Shown: in pieces, positions 25,914-38,452 of the stretch | How positions within the stretch are numbered: position 1 is the first letter of the stretch | Layout: every line of letters starts with the position of its first letter | Assembly: GCF_006345805.1 (NCBI RefSeq) | Contig: NC_043011.1 | Location: forward strand, 56,680,464-56,744,463 | Source: Octopus sinensis | Taxonomy: Eukaryota | Direction: 5' to 3' | Length of the DNA: 64,000 nucleotides | Made by a program: the position numbers and the translations under genes | Notes under the pieces: model-generated | What the model saw: the letters and a program-made list of their open reading frames with translations, nothing else | Told to the model about the DNA's origin: nothing | Databases searched by the model: none

Positions 25914-26236
25914 TAACATTTGTTTTCTATACTGGTATGGGTTGGACAGTTTGACAAATGGCTGTGGAGAGGTTGGGTAACTCTGCTCATAGGTAAAAAT
26001 TTTCTCCCATTCAAACCTGAAATTCCTCACTAATGAAATTTTAAAAAGCAAAAGGAGAAAATGGTTTAAGTATTAAAACCAAAGCAGAACTGTATTTGGC
26101 AGATTATAAATAACCCATCATGCCATCTATTTTGATCCTCATGATGGTGAGCCTGATGTTCTAACCACTGAGCCATGTGCCTTCACTACAATATATATAT
26201 ATAAGAGTGATTATACTTTGAACGTATATCTACTAT

Positions 26237-26650
26237 AAGGGCAGCGAGCTGGCAGAATCGTTAGCATGCCAGGCGAAATTCTTAGCGGTATTTCGTCTGC
26301 CATTACGTTCTAAGTTCAAATTCCGCCGTGGTCGATTTTGCCTTTCATCCTTTTGGGGTCGATTAAATAAGTACCAGTTACGTACTGGGGTCGATATAAT
26401 TGACTTAATCCGTTTGTCCTTGTTTGTCCTCTCTGTGTTTAGCCCCTTGTGGGTAGTAAAAAAATAGGTATTTCGTCTGCCGTTACGTTCTGAGTTCAAA
26501 TTCCGCCGAGGCCGACTTTGCCTTTCATCCTTTCGGGGTTGATTAAATAAGTACCAGTTATGTACTGGGGTCGATATAATCGACTTAATCCATTTGTCTG
26601 TCCTTGTTTGTCCCCTCTGTGTTTAGCCCCTTGTGGGTAGTAAAGAAATA
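26237..26650 (+). mobile_element. Second SINE family, head-to-tail partial dimer
   Basis: aagggcagcgagctggcagaatcgttagc...aaata, then a restart at the internal ggtatttcgtctgcc (26467). Confidence 0.85.
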
Positions 26651-28090
26651 CATGTATACACATTCATCTTTAAGTCATGAAGGCTGGGCTTTTCTTTGAC
26701 CAAATTTAACAGCTTTTCTGATAAAGTGAAATGAAGAGAATAAACATGATGTTTCACTCTGTCAACAACTTTCTGTAGCTTTTGTTCCTTCCTCTTAATA
26801 TTTTATTATTGTAAGTTTTACAAGCTATCAATTGCGATAATTTAATATAAGTTATATAATCTAAGAATCTGTAAAATCAAAGAGTTGGCACAGATGCGAC
26901 TCTTTAATTTAATATTATCGTAGGCACAGATGCGCTTTACAGGTTCTTTTGAACTTGTAGTTCACCACTGGAACTAAAAAGGTACAGCATTGATGGTGCG
27001 AAGAAAGGCCCTTTCATTACTACCATTTCTCCCACTGGTCTCATCTATAAGTCAATACATCAATAGATCTGACAACTCATTGATGAAGAAATACCTCTGA
27101 TGATGAAAAAGTCTTGGGATAGATCAGATAAATAACTGGATTGATTGTGTGACAAACAGATATATCTATCGTCGAAAGAATTATTGGAGGAGTTTGAAAT
27201 CGACTGGTAAACATCAGTTTGATTTCAGTGAAACAACTTCCAACATGATAAACAAACGTTAAGTTAGAATCGAAAGGTTAAGAAAATTATCATATGTGAC
27301 GAATATGAGTGACAAGAAGAAGGAAACGGTAGAAAAAGGAAACAAAATTTATAAATAAAACATATTTTTCTCTGTCAGTTCTTTATAAGATTCATAACTT
27401 GTTGATGGTGTTTACTTAAATTTTGGTTATGAGATGAGATGAGAGGTCATGTAGTCCTTCTTATATAACGTTATATTTTGGCAACACATATATTTACATA
27501 ACCTTCCTACTTCACCACAAAACATTTTAGTATCTTTTATTTGTAAAGTGTCATTGGAAACAGTCATCGGAGCTGTCATATTTCCACCACCGTAAACTTA
27601 ACTCAAGTGACAAGCCAGGCCATAACGGCTCACACCAAATAAAGTAATGGCGGCAGTGGATGAAATATTTAAATCACTCGACTTGCTTCCTTCAAATACA
27701 AATTCAATAAAAGAATCTACAGCTTGAACAAAACCATGAAGAAATAGATAGAACTGTGAATTTGTCATTAATTCTATCAACTAGTAAATAGCGTTTAGCC
27801 CCAGGCAGGCTCACGTTGAGCAGAACTACAAACAAAAGTATTCTACTCATAATCATCTCATCTGTATTATCCAATATCACATAAAAGAATTGGGTAGAAT
27901 TTAAGGAAATTTGTATGCATGCTTTTACATATAAATACATACATATATCTTACACATATATACCATTATGCCTATAAAACAGATTTATGAGCTCAATAAC
28001 CATACATATCTTACATCTATTTTCTTTCCTCCAACTCACTCTCTATTTGTATCACATCAAAACTATGACTTAACTATTCCTCTCACACCA

Positions 28091-28143
28091 TCTCCGATGA
28101 AGGGATATTATTATTAATTAATATTCTAGAAACAGCTGTAAGA
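28091..28143 (+). ncRNA. Degenerate hammerhead motif
   Basis: tct-CCGATGA-A-GGGATATT...AATATTCT-A-GAA-ACAGCTGT-A-aga; palindromic stem III. Confidence 0.5.
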
Positions 28144-28266
28144 CCTTCTATCTATAAATGCTCTAATATCTATACAGCCTTGGGTTTTTTATCTCATTAC
28201 GCAAAAAATTCATATATCTCTATATATCTATATATAAATATAATTGAAAAAAATTTTGAGTCAACA

Positions 28267-28589
28267 ACAAGAAGGAGTACAGTTGGACATTTATTTTCAA
28301 TCACCACAATTGTTTCTATGCAACGTAGCTCTCCAGGCATGCAGGTACTTGATTATGCAACCATTTCCCTCCGTTATGAGATCTAGTTGTGTTTCCTCAG
28401 GCGATATGTAAATATTGTCTCCGTAAGTTCAAATTCTTGGCTTCAAGAGCATTCTTTCTGTCTGCTGTGGCCTGCAGTTAGTAGCAGCCACTGAGTTTAT
28501 CAAAAATATGTGGCTGAACTATTGTTTCTACGTTGTGTAGAAACAATTGTAGTGATTGAAAATAAATGTCCAACTGTACTCATTCTTGT
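28267..28589. mobile_element. MITE with ~60-bp TIRs
   Basis: acaagaaggagtacagttggacatttattttcaatcac... is inverted at the right end. Confidence 0.75.
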
Positions 28590-29614
28590 ATCTATTCATA
28601 CTCAACAAAAGCCCAAATGCAAACCTGGAAGTATGTATAATACTACCACTGGATAGCACAGGATGAAATCTGAAGGTGGATGTGCTTTGTACTGTACTCT
28701 ACTATGTTCTTAATAGAATATACCATAACTGTGTGTGTGTGTATATGTATGACTAAAAAGGAAAGAAAAAAGAAAACATACATTCCATAAATTTCTCCCA
28801 AACTGTAATTATTTTCCCTTTGTAAGAAATGTTTTGCTTCATAAAAATGTTTAATTTATATTCCTTGATTGTGTCGAGCTGTTGGTTTTTAAAAAGAATG
28901 AAATAGTGCTAAAATTCATTTGTATATTCTATGCAATTTCTTTCTTCTTATTTCAAATTCAAACTTTACTCACACCAAATATTATGAAGAATTAATTAAC
29001 TCCTTTGTATTAACTGTCTTCTTGTGAATACAATAGGATCTAACCAAACTGTTGACATAAGGCTGAAGTGTTAAATCATTGAAGTTACTTAGATTGATAG
29101 ATAGATAAATGGATAGATAGATACATACATACATACACACATGAATGTATGTATGTATATAAATATTTATACACATAAGGACTCTGGTGAATTCCAGTCA
29201 ACAATTGATATAGTCTAATAATGATCAAATGCATATCAATAACAAATCTAAACTTACATAAACACCAATAAATGTTTCGTCAGAGAAGGGGAATTGCTGA
29301 TGGAATGAACTCACGTATGTTACTGGTACTTGTTTTACCAATCCTGCAAGGAGAAAAATCAAAACTAAATATTAATTTCAAATTTTGGAACAAGGCCAGC
29401 AAGTCTGGGAGACAGGGTCAGTCAATTACACCGGCCCCAGTACATAACTGGTACTTATTTTATTGACCCCGAAAGAATGAAAGGCAAAGCCACTCTTTTC
29501 AGAATTTGAACTCAGAATATGAAGACGAATGCAATGCCACAAAGCATTTTGTCCAGCATGTAATCAGTCCTTCCAGCTGACCACCACCAAAACTAAATAA
29601 CGTAAGACTTTTAA

Positions 29615-29817
29615 CCCTTTAGCATTCACATTATCCCATCAAAAGTAATGTTTATTAATTCATTGTTTTTAACTAATCATTCATTATCTTGTGGCTATGA
29701 GATTTTGACGAGCTAATCGTTAATTTTTTAGAATGACATTGTAAGGTAGGTTTTAGAAATCAGATCTGACCAGGTAGAATATTTTGGCTAGATATGGCCA
29801 GTTTAAATGCTAAGGGG
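29615..29817. mobile_element. piggyBac-type MITE (TTAA target)
   Basis: ttaa|ccctttagcatt ... aatgctaagggg|ttaa. Confidence 0.75.
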
Positions 29818-29844
29818 TTAATCTACTGCGCTGCCATATATGCC

Positions 29845-29990
29845 GACCTGCTTATGTCCCTTGTTCCCTACAGAACATAAGGCTATTGATGACTTTTCTT
29901 CACCATCCTTGACCCTGGGCTGTCTTTTCTGATTCTCTCCAGCTGGATCCCATCTTTTCCAGCTCTGCTTCAGTATCTCACCTCAGATTT
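29845..29990 (-). mobile_element. LINE (RTE-like) ORF2 C-terminal remnant
   Basis: TEAELEKMGSSWRESEKTAQ...; resembles RTE C-termini. Confidence 0.5.
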
Positions 29991-30756
29991 CTATGAATAA
30001 ATCAATGTTTTTGTAACTTTGCTTTTGTCTAGGTAAGAGTGTTGGCCCTTTACAGACTCATTTTTTATTCTGGGAAGAAGGGGTCTGTTTTAGTGTGGCC
30101 TCTGTCCTCTGACCTGTCCAGCATGGGAGGCCCTGCCAAGATCTTGTGCTCCACTGTCATAGCTTTTAGGGTCAGTGAGGCACATGTTCCATTACACTGC
30201 AACAGGAACTGGGCACAAAGTAAGCTTCTTAATCACACAGTCATGCCTAATTAATTAATATTTTGATAGTTTAATTGACATTTTAAAACTCAATTGATAT
30301 TTACTTCAATTATACTTATGAATTGTACAAAGATGACATACAAATTTAGCAGAAGCTGACTTTGAAAACAACTACAACCAAACTAAATATTTAGTCTCCT
30401 TGAAGAATCATCATCATTGTCGCTGTTGTCGTCATCATCATCATGGTTGTCATCACCATCATCATCATCATTGTCATCATCACCTTCATCATCATCATCT
30501 AACGTCCATTTGCCCTGCTGGCATGGGTTGGACAGTTTGACAAGGAGCTGGCAATCTGGAGAGCAGCCCAAGCTCTAATTCTTTGTTTTGGCATGGTTTC
30601 TATGGCTGGATGCCCTTCCTAATGCCAACCAATTTACAGAGTGCACTGCATGCTTTCTATGGGACACCAAGAATGAAAATGAGTTTTATCATCAACTAAC
30701 CTTATTTCTTTCCCTCTCTGTCTGTCTCTCTCTCTCTCTCTGTATATATATATATA

Positions 30757-31131
30757 CACTTGCGTCAGAAATTAATTAGCACTTCTCAAATTTCTACATT
30801 AAATAGGTTAAATCAATTAACCTTATGAGCTGTTCAAAACGTCTTACGCGATGAGAAAACTTAGTATGGTGTGATTTCGGTCCTTGCGAGGCGCTACCTA
30901 TATCTATTAAACAAAGGAAGATTTGTCTGCATTTGCACTCCAAGTTGTTGCACTGCTATGTCAACATCATAAGGCTGTAGACTCTCAAACTGCTCTGCAA
31001 ACAAAGTTACGTCATCGTTCTGCGCAACAGTGAACTCGCAACAAAGCAATAGTTCGAGATATGGCCACTAGGTGACAGCACATACCTTGAGTGAAGAGCA
31101 AATCAAGGGTGCTAATTAATTTCTGACGGTA

Positions 31132-31134
<3 letters not shown>
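30757..31134. mobile_element. Tc1/mariner-type MITE
   Basis: TIRs cact(t/a)(g/c)cgtcagaaattaattagcac; TA flanks within (TA)n. Confidence 0.8.
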
Positions 31135-31159
<25 letters not shown>

Positions 31160-31163
<4 letters not shown>

Positions 31164-31548
31164 GCACAGGTATGGTTGTGTGGTAAGTAGCTTGTTTACG
31201 AACCACATGGTTCCGGGTTCAGTCCCACTATGTGGCACCTTGGGCAAGTATCTTCTACTATAGCCTCAGGCTAACCAAAGCCTTGTGAGTGGATTTGGTA
31301 GACAGAAACTGAAAGAAGCCTGTCATATGTATATATGTGTATGTATATGTCTGTGGTTGTCCACCCACCATAGCTTAACAACTGATGTTTGTGTGTTTAT
31401 GTCCCTGTAACCTAGAGGTTCGGCAAAAGAGACCGATAAAATAAGTACTAGACTTACAAAGAATAATTTCTGGGGTCGATTTGTTTGACTACAGGCTGTG
31501 CTCCAGCATGGCCGCAGTCAAATGACTGATGCAAATAAAAGAATAAAA
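31160..31548 (+). mobile_element. tRNA-head SINE (dominant family)
   Basis: Same consensus as above. Confidence 0.85.
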
Positions 31549-31554
31549 GTATAT

Positions 31555-31628
<74 letters not shown>

Positions 31629-31699
31629 AAGAGACAGAGAGCCATTAGAAGGACTGGAAAAGTATAGGTAGCAGAGAACTGTATCAGATAGCCAGAAGG

Positions 31700-33432
31700 G
31701 AAGCTAGGAGACAGGTATATCTAGCCAAGAGAGAAGCAGAAAAGAAAAAGTTTGCCCATGTTCAGTGACATGAGAACAAAAGGACTGAAGCATTTCAGAT
31801 TGCACGACAGTGTGTGAGAGAAAATTGTGATGTCATAGGAAAGAAATGTGTTCGCATGGATCATGGTGCATTTGCATCTAATGATTCTGCAAAGAACGAG
31901 GCTTGGAAATACCATTATGAAAGACTGTTGAATGTGGAGAATGAATGGGAGGAGGAAAGTCTGCCAAATGTTGACTCAGCTGAGGGACTAGCTATCTGAA
32001 TCAACAGTACCTTGGTAGATAAAGCAATTAAGGATATGAAGAGAGGGAAAGCCCCTGGCCCATCAGGAATCACCGCTGAGATGCTTGAGATATCTGGTGG
32101 TGTGGCTTGTGGTCTAGTCACCCATATTGTAAATCAGGTGGTTCATGAAATGATCATACCCAATGACTGGTGAAGCAGCACCATAATCAGCTGCTACAAA
32201 GGTAAATGTGGTACCTTAGATAGAAATAATTATAGAGGTATCAATTTGTTGGATCAGGGAGAGAGTTAGTCAAGATGAGATGCAGTTTGGTTTTGTGCCA
32301 GGGAGAAGCACCACTGACACTATATTTCTGGTGAGGCAACTGCAGGAGAAATACATAGGCAAAGATAAACTTCTGCGTTTGGCTTTTGTTGACTTGGAGA
32401 AAGACTTTGACGGGGTCTCCCAATCCCTTATCTGGTGGTCAGTGCAGAAACTAGGGATAGACGAGTGGTTGATTAGAGCTGTACAAGCCTTGTACAGGGG
32501 CACTACCTGTAAGGTGTAGGTCGGCAACGAGTACAGTGAAGAATTCATGGTATAAGTAGGAGTTCACCAAGGACTGGTCTTCACCCCGCTCTTGTTCATC
32601 ATAGTCCTCCAGGCAATAACAGATTAATTTAGGACAGGCTGCCTCTAGGAGCTCCTCTATGATGATGACCTTGTGCATATAGCTGAATCACTACCATAAT
32701 TAGAGAAGAAGTTCCAGGTGTGGGAGAATGGTCGAGAATTGAAGGGCCTTAGAGTTAACCTAGCAAAAGCCAAAGTCTTAGTAAATAGGAAGGCAGACAA
32801 ATCACAAACCTCTTCAGGTAGATGGCCCTGCTTGATCTGGGGAAAAGGCGTAGGTAGAAACTACGTAAGATGCACCCTGTATAAGATTTGGACACATAAA
32901 AGATGCAGCAAAATCAAAGGAAGATTTACAGGGAAAATAGCTTTTGTTATTGGAATATGCACAGGTACAATAAATGCTGAAAATGTGCAGAAAATAGACT
33001 CCATCAACTGCCAGAGGGGTAAGCTAGAGGTAGTAGATAGCTTCTGTTATCTAGGTGACCAAGTTAGTAGCAGAGGTGGACACATTGGGCCTCATAGAAA
33101 CAAAGTGGCTGAACTCCTTTCGAGTGTTGGGCCTCACAGAGGCAATGACCAAGACCTTTGGCATTATGTCGTGCTTGAGAAGAAGACCCATCAAGCTGAG
33201 CAAAATCACAGTTACGGCAGATACCAGTGTCATGCAAATGGCACCAGTGCTGGTGGCATGTTGAAGCACTCATTACACCCTTGGAGTGGTGGGCATTATG
33301 AAGGGCATCCAGCCATAGAAACCATACCAAATCAGACTGGAGTCTGGTGCAGCCTTCCAGCATGCCAGCCCTGGTCAAACCATCCAACCCATGCCAGCAT
33401 AGACAATGGATGTTAAATGATGATGATGATAT
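31700..33432 (+). mobile_element. RTE-clade LINE, degraded and internally deleted ORF2 (RT) plus 3' end and (GAT)n tail
   Basis: QFGFVPGRSTTDTIFLVRQLQEK, AFVDLEKDFD, LYDDD and EVVDSFCYLGD motifs, with stops and frameshifts. Confidence 0.9.
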
Positions 33433-35258
33433 ATTTATATATAGACAGCAATGGCTGTGTGGCTAAGATGCTCACTTTATAACCCTGTGGTTTCAGGTTC
33501 AGTCCCATAGTGCAGCACTTCGGGCAAATGTCTTCTACTATAGTCCCAGGTGGACCAATGAGTTGTGAGAGAATTTGGGAGATGGAAACTGTGTGGAAGC
33601 CCATCATATGTTTGTGTCTGCATTTACATTCACCCATAACCTGACAACTGGATTTACTTTGCTTACGTACCTGTAACTTAGCAGTGTGGCAAAAGAAACT
33701 GATAAAATAAGTGCCAGACTTGAAACTACTAAGTACTGGTGTGTATTTGTTTGACTAAAACCCTTCAAGGCAGTGCTCCAGCATGGCCTCGGGCTAATGA
33801 CTGAAAGAAGTAAAAAATATAAAATAATACTCAACCTATTAAATATGATAAGCCTAACTTATCAAAACCTCAAACCGATTCCTTCCAAATCCTCTTCTTT
33901 GATGGTCAACAGTTTCAGTCATCATCATCATTATCATCATCATCATTGTTTAACGTCTGTTTTCCACGCTAGCACAGGTTGGACGGTTCGACCGGGGTCT
34001 GGGAAGCCAGGGGCTGCTCCAGGCTCCAGTCTGATCTGGCAGAGTTTCTACGGCTGGATGCCCTTCCTAACGCCAACCACTCCGCGAGTGTAGTGGGTGC
34101 TTTTTACGTGCCACCTGCACAGGTGCCAGGGGGGGGGGGTCCGGCATCGGTCACGATCGGTTGGAGCTTTTAACGTGCCAGCGGCACGGAAGCCAGCTAA
34201 GGCGGCGCTGGCAACGTTCGGATGGTCTTTTTATGTGCCACCGGCACAGGAGCCAGTCGGGGCGGCGCTGGCATCGGCCACGTTCGGATGGTGCTTTTTA
34301 TGTGCCACCGGCACAGAAGCCAGTTTCAATCTTATGTAATAATGATTTCCAATTTGCCTACAACTCTACAAATCTGGATGAACGTGTATTGTCGATGGAA
34401 TCAGCGTTAGTAATTTGGCTGATGTTTATTTGGAAATTGGAGTCAACAGATTTTATCAGTTTAACATCTAAAAGCTAATTAGAAATAATTCTGTGACGAG
34501 GAAAAGACATTAGTGTTATTTTAATCACTTTTGCAATTATGGGAGAAAACTCCGCATATATTCCATTGTTATTAGACCTCCTCAACAAGGCATACACTTT
34601 ACTGCACATATTGAAGTGGTGAGCGGGGAGAACATTAGAGGTGTGCAGTTTTGTAGAGGAGTCGATGTGGAACAAACACAAAGACACACACTCATAAATG
34701 TATATGACAAGTTTCCGCACAGTTTCCGTCTACCAAATTCACTCACTAGGCATTGGTCAGTAGAACCTTCCCAAGGTGCCACGGTTGCTAAGTGACTACA
34801 GCCATGCCTGCGCCTATATATTTATATTATTTGTGTAAGAAAATCTGGAGGAATGAGATTCAACGTCGACTCAGTCAAGATTTGAACTCAGAACATAAAG
34901 GGCCGTAGCTAAAGACCATCATATATTCCCCTTTTGCACGCTAAACAGATTCTGTAAACCCGTCGTTCGTTCAATATTACCAAAATAAACAGAAGGGATT
35001 TCGGAATGAAATCCGATGCAAGCCAAATCCTAATCCGCGATGAGACTCACGTGTGTTAAAACGGTCTCATAATTTGGTGAATGGTTCTGGTAATATATTG
35101 TTAAACATGGAGAGAACACTTGGTTGATTGTCTCTGATTTTTATAACATTCTTTGTAATCTGATCGTTTCACTTTGCCCAAAAGTGTAAACAATCTATTC
35201 ACCTCTCAGTCATCGGCTAACCAATAATATATTGATTATGTATATATATATATATATA

Positions 35259-35511
35259 GGTACTACTAGCGAACAGTGGTCCCGGTGCGCGCATCCGCGC
35301 TAGCTAGTCGTAAGTAGTCGATCCTAAATAATTTTTAAAACTAAGTAAATAAGTTATTTTTATAAACAAACTAAGTTTTAGGGTTAGGTTTTGGGTTAAA
35401 AAGTTAGATGTAGGGTTAGGGTTAAAAAGTCGTTGAAGGATCGACTACTTACGACTAGCTAGCGCGGATGCGCGTGTGCGCGCACTGGGACCACTGTTCG
35501 CTAGTAGTACC
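35259..35511. mobile_element. Young MITE with ~65-bp CpG-rich TIRs and internal TTAGGG repeats
   Basis: ggtactactagcgaacagtggtccc...tcgtaagtagtcgatcct is inverted at both ends; inserted in (TA)n. Confidence 0.85.
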
Positions 35512-35610
35512 TATATATATATATATGTATATACACACACATACACATGCATACTATAAACTAGATATATATAATTCAGTTTATAGTATTCAGACCTTGT
35601 GCTTATAATA

Positions 35611-35655
<45 letters not shown>

Positions 35656-35680
35656 TTAAAGAAGAAAAACTTGGACTCAC

Positions 35681-35945
35681 GGAGGATAATGTCAGCCGCT
35701 GGTTGTAATATGTAATAAAGACGATAAAAAGTGGATGAGTTAGGCGAGGAGAGGAAGACGGACGGTTTCCTGGCGACATCAACTATTAATAAACAGTCTC
35801 GGTTCGATCTGAATGGGTCTTTGTGGACACTTGAGCAAAACACAAGTAGTACGTGGGTTTCTCCCTGCTTTTTTAAATAAATAGAGCAAACAGCATTATT
35901 AGGATGTGTTGCCAGTTGGAAACGGAGTAACGGGGCTGCAGGCAC
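35681..35945 (-). other. Candidate first exon (TEX9 5' UTR or N-terminal extension); 5' end undefined
   Basis: Donor CCTCC|GTGAGT at 35680; CpG-richer sequence beside X-boxes. The ATG at 35779 gives 33 codons ending in phase 0, in frame with exon 12484-12620. Confidence 0.4.
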
Positions 35946-36062
35946 ATTTAAGGCTCCTTTAAATGATTATTAAAGTTTCTAAAAATTCTGGTTACTATTT
36001 ACTTTACACTGGAGTGTATATAAGAACATTAAATTCAATATAAAGTTACGATCTATGTTTTG

Positions 36063-36076
36063 GTTGCTATGGTAAC
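36063..36076. promoter_or_regulatory. RFX X-box GTTGCTATGGTAAC
   Basis: Near-palindromic 14-bp match to the canonical X-box. Related motifs at 35765-35777 (GTTTCCTGGCGAC) and 35908-35923 (GTTGCC half-site). Confidence 0.65.
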
Positions 36077-38127
36077 GTGTAAACAGAACGGAGAATCGAT
36101 GTAGTAAATTTCTCCCGCTCTCTCCTGCTCCGTTCACTCATTTTTCTTTTCCACCTACCCATCCACCCACCCCCTCTCTTTCTCTCTAACTACGTATTTA
36201 TTCTTTCTCTTTTACTGCTCCGATTCTCTTTGTCGGTTGAATCGTTGATGAATGGCAATATCCAGTCACTATCATTTCTAACCCATTTGTTGCTTGTCTG
36301 GTTTGCTAATAGATATATAGGTATAAAAACCTGTCATAATATTTATTCGTATAAAATTTATTCGTTAAACAACTAACTTGTTACAATATATATATATATA
36401 TATATACATAAACGGTTAAATAGCTTTCTTTACTAGACCAGTTGTTTTTCTTTTTTCTTTCCATTTTTTTTTTCTATCAAATAAATGTTTTGCTTTGGAG
36501 GACGTACAATAATTATTTTAAGGTTCAAAGCATGCAAAGTCAGCAATTATAGTTTCGACTTCCGTCTGAATCACTTCGTCCTTGGTGTTGTCCATAATGT
36601 TTCTTCACTTAAAAAAAAAAATTATTTTGAGATTGCCAATTGACTCTTCTGGGGACAAGTTAGCAAAGTTATTCGGACGTTGAGAGGAATTCCTGGAGGC
36701 ATTAGTTACGATTCTCCTGAGTTCAAATACTCTCTTACAGTTGCAGAGCAGAAGGTACTGCCAAGTTACAGCCATGCTATCAATTCATTCGTATGCATGT
36801 TGACGCTTTTAATGGCATGGCTGTGGATTAACAAGTTGGTACATTTGGGTCAAACCCTCGCCAGTAGTTCGGGTTCAATCCTGTTGTGTGATACATTGGG
36901 TTAATATTTTTTTCTCATAGCATGGGATTGACCAGGGTCTTGTAAGTGAAATTTAGTCGATGGATATTTGGGAAAACCCGTTGAAGTGACGTTTACCATT
37001 TGGAGATGCCTGGCCGAACCCCTGTCCAAATTTAACAGCATCTACAACCTATCGGCTGCCTTCAGTACAAGCCACTATTTAAGCATTTGGATCAGGTCTC
37101 CTGAGAATACCTCATTCCCTTCTATCAGTCTCGGAGGACCCCTAAAAGGCTCATAAGCGGCGTTACTCTCCCTCTTTTGTCTATCGATTGATGGAAATTA
37201 CTAGTGTGACTATCGAGTATTCTGTGTCGCTGACATGTTTCGTTGGATTGCAACCAAGAACTGGAATTATACCGGATTATAAATTCAAAAGGGATCACTG
37301 CCATTCAATTGGTTGGGTTTCGTCTAACAAAGAGAGAACGACATTTTAGATTGATAAATCAGGAGTCTGCAAGCAACTGAAAACTGCTGGAAACATTGTT
37401 TCCTTGGTTAAATCAAATGGTTTGCCTCCATTTTAAATGTTGTATCGTCGAGACTGCATGGTTGTGAAGTTTACTTTGTTTCGAGGTTTCAATCCTAGAA
37501 TATATCACTTTGGCCAAGTGCTTTGTTTGTGAAATTTGGTGTGTGTTGGCAAGAGATGGCAGAATCAGAGCGATGAGTAAAATATATCTTGTGGTATTGA
37601 CTGCGCCATTCTATTTTATAAGATAGATAAACACCTAACATAATACGTAAAGGCAATGCTCCATCTTGGCCGCAATCCGATGCCAGAAACTAGTAACAGA
37701 ATAAAAGAATAAAAATAATATTGCTCGTTTCACGGTGAACTACAGAAGATGCTTTAAATTGAATCGGAATTGTTTTTCTCGCCTGTCTAAGCTGTTTCAT
37801 TTCATTTCAAAAGGTTTTATTATTTTGTAATAATATAATATTTGTGTTTTAAATTAAAACTGAAGACAAGTTATGAAAATAAATTATATGGTTAAGTGAT
37901 AATGCAATATTGGAAGAACGTATTACAAAACTTTCGAATAATGGTTAAAACAAGAGAACTAATAATGAAAGACGAGTAGAATTGATTTGCTGAAAGCTGG
38001 ATTATTTGGTCTGGCTACGTGCCGCTCCCAAATAAGACCAATTACAACATTTGGATTTCAGTAACATGTTTATTTACAAGTCGATGATACAGTTTTTACT
38101 TTACGAAAAGGTGTTACGTTGAATACC

Positions 38128-38357
38128 TATTTCTTTATTACCCACAAGGGGCTAAACACAGAGTGGACAAACAAGGACAGACAAACGGATTAAGTTGATT
38201 ACATCGACCTCAGTGCGTAACTGGTACTTAATTTATCGACCCCGAAAGGATGAAAAGTAAAGTCGACCTCGGCGGAATTTGAACTCAGAACGTAACGGCA
38301 GTCGAAATACGGCTACGCATTTCGCCCGGCGTGCTAACGTTTCTGCCAGCTCGCCGT
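38128..38357 (-). mobile_element. Second SINE family copy
   Basis: Reverse complement of the 26237 element. Related head with a different tail at about 6270-6490 and 29380-29585. Confidence 0.85.
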
Positions 38358-38419
38358 CTTTTACAGTTCACAGATAATACCATTAGGCTGACGCTCAATG
38401 AAAGAGAAATGTTTTATAG

Positions 38420-38452
38420 CATAACGTTTCGGGCAAAGTCTTTCATCAGTGA
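38420..38452 (-). ncRNA. Degenerate hammerhead motif
   Basis: CTGATGA-AAGACTTTGCCC-GAA-ACGTT-A. Core intact; stem II is restored by two transitions (GGGC ttt GCCC); stem I is poor. Confidence 0.35.

Noticed and set aside
32718-33416. 232-aa ORF, the longest in the window
   Set aside because: Degraded RTE ORF2 read through a deletion into the 3' UTR; not a host gene.
35030-35070. cgcgatgagac...gttaaaacggtctc hammerhead-like string
   Set aside because: Too many core mismatches and no supporting stem I.
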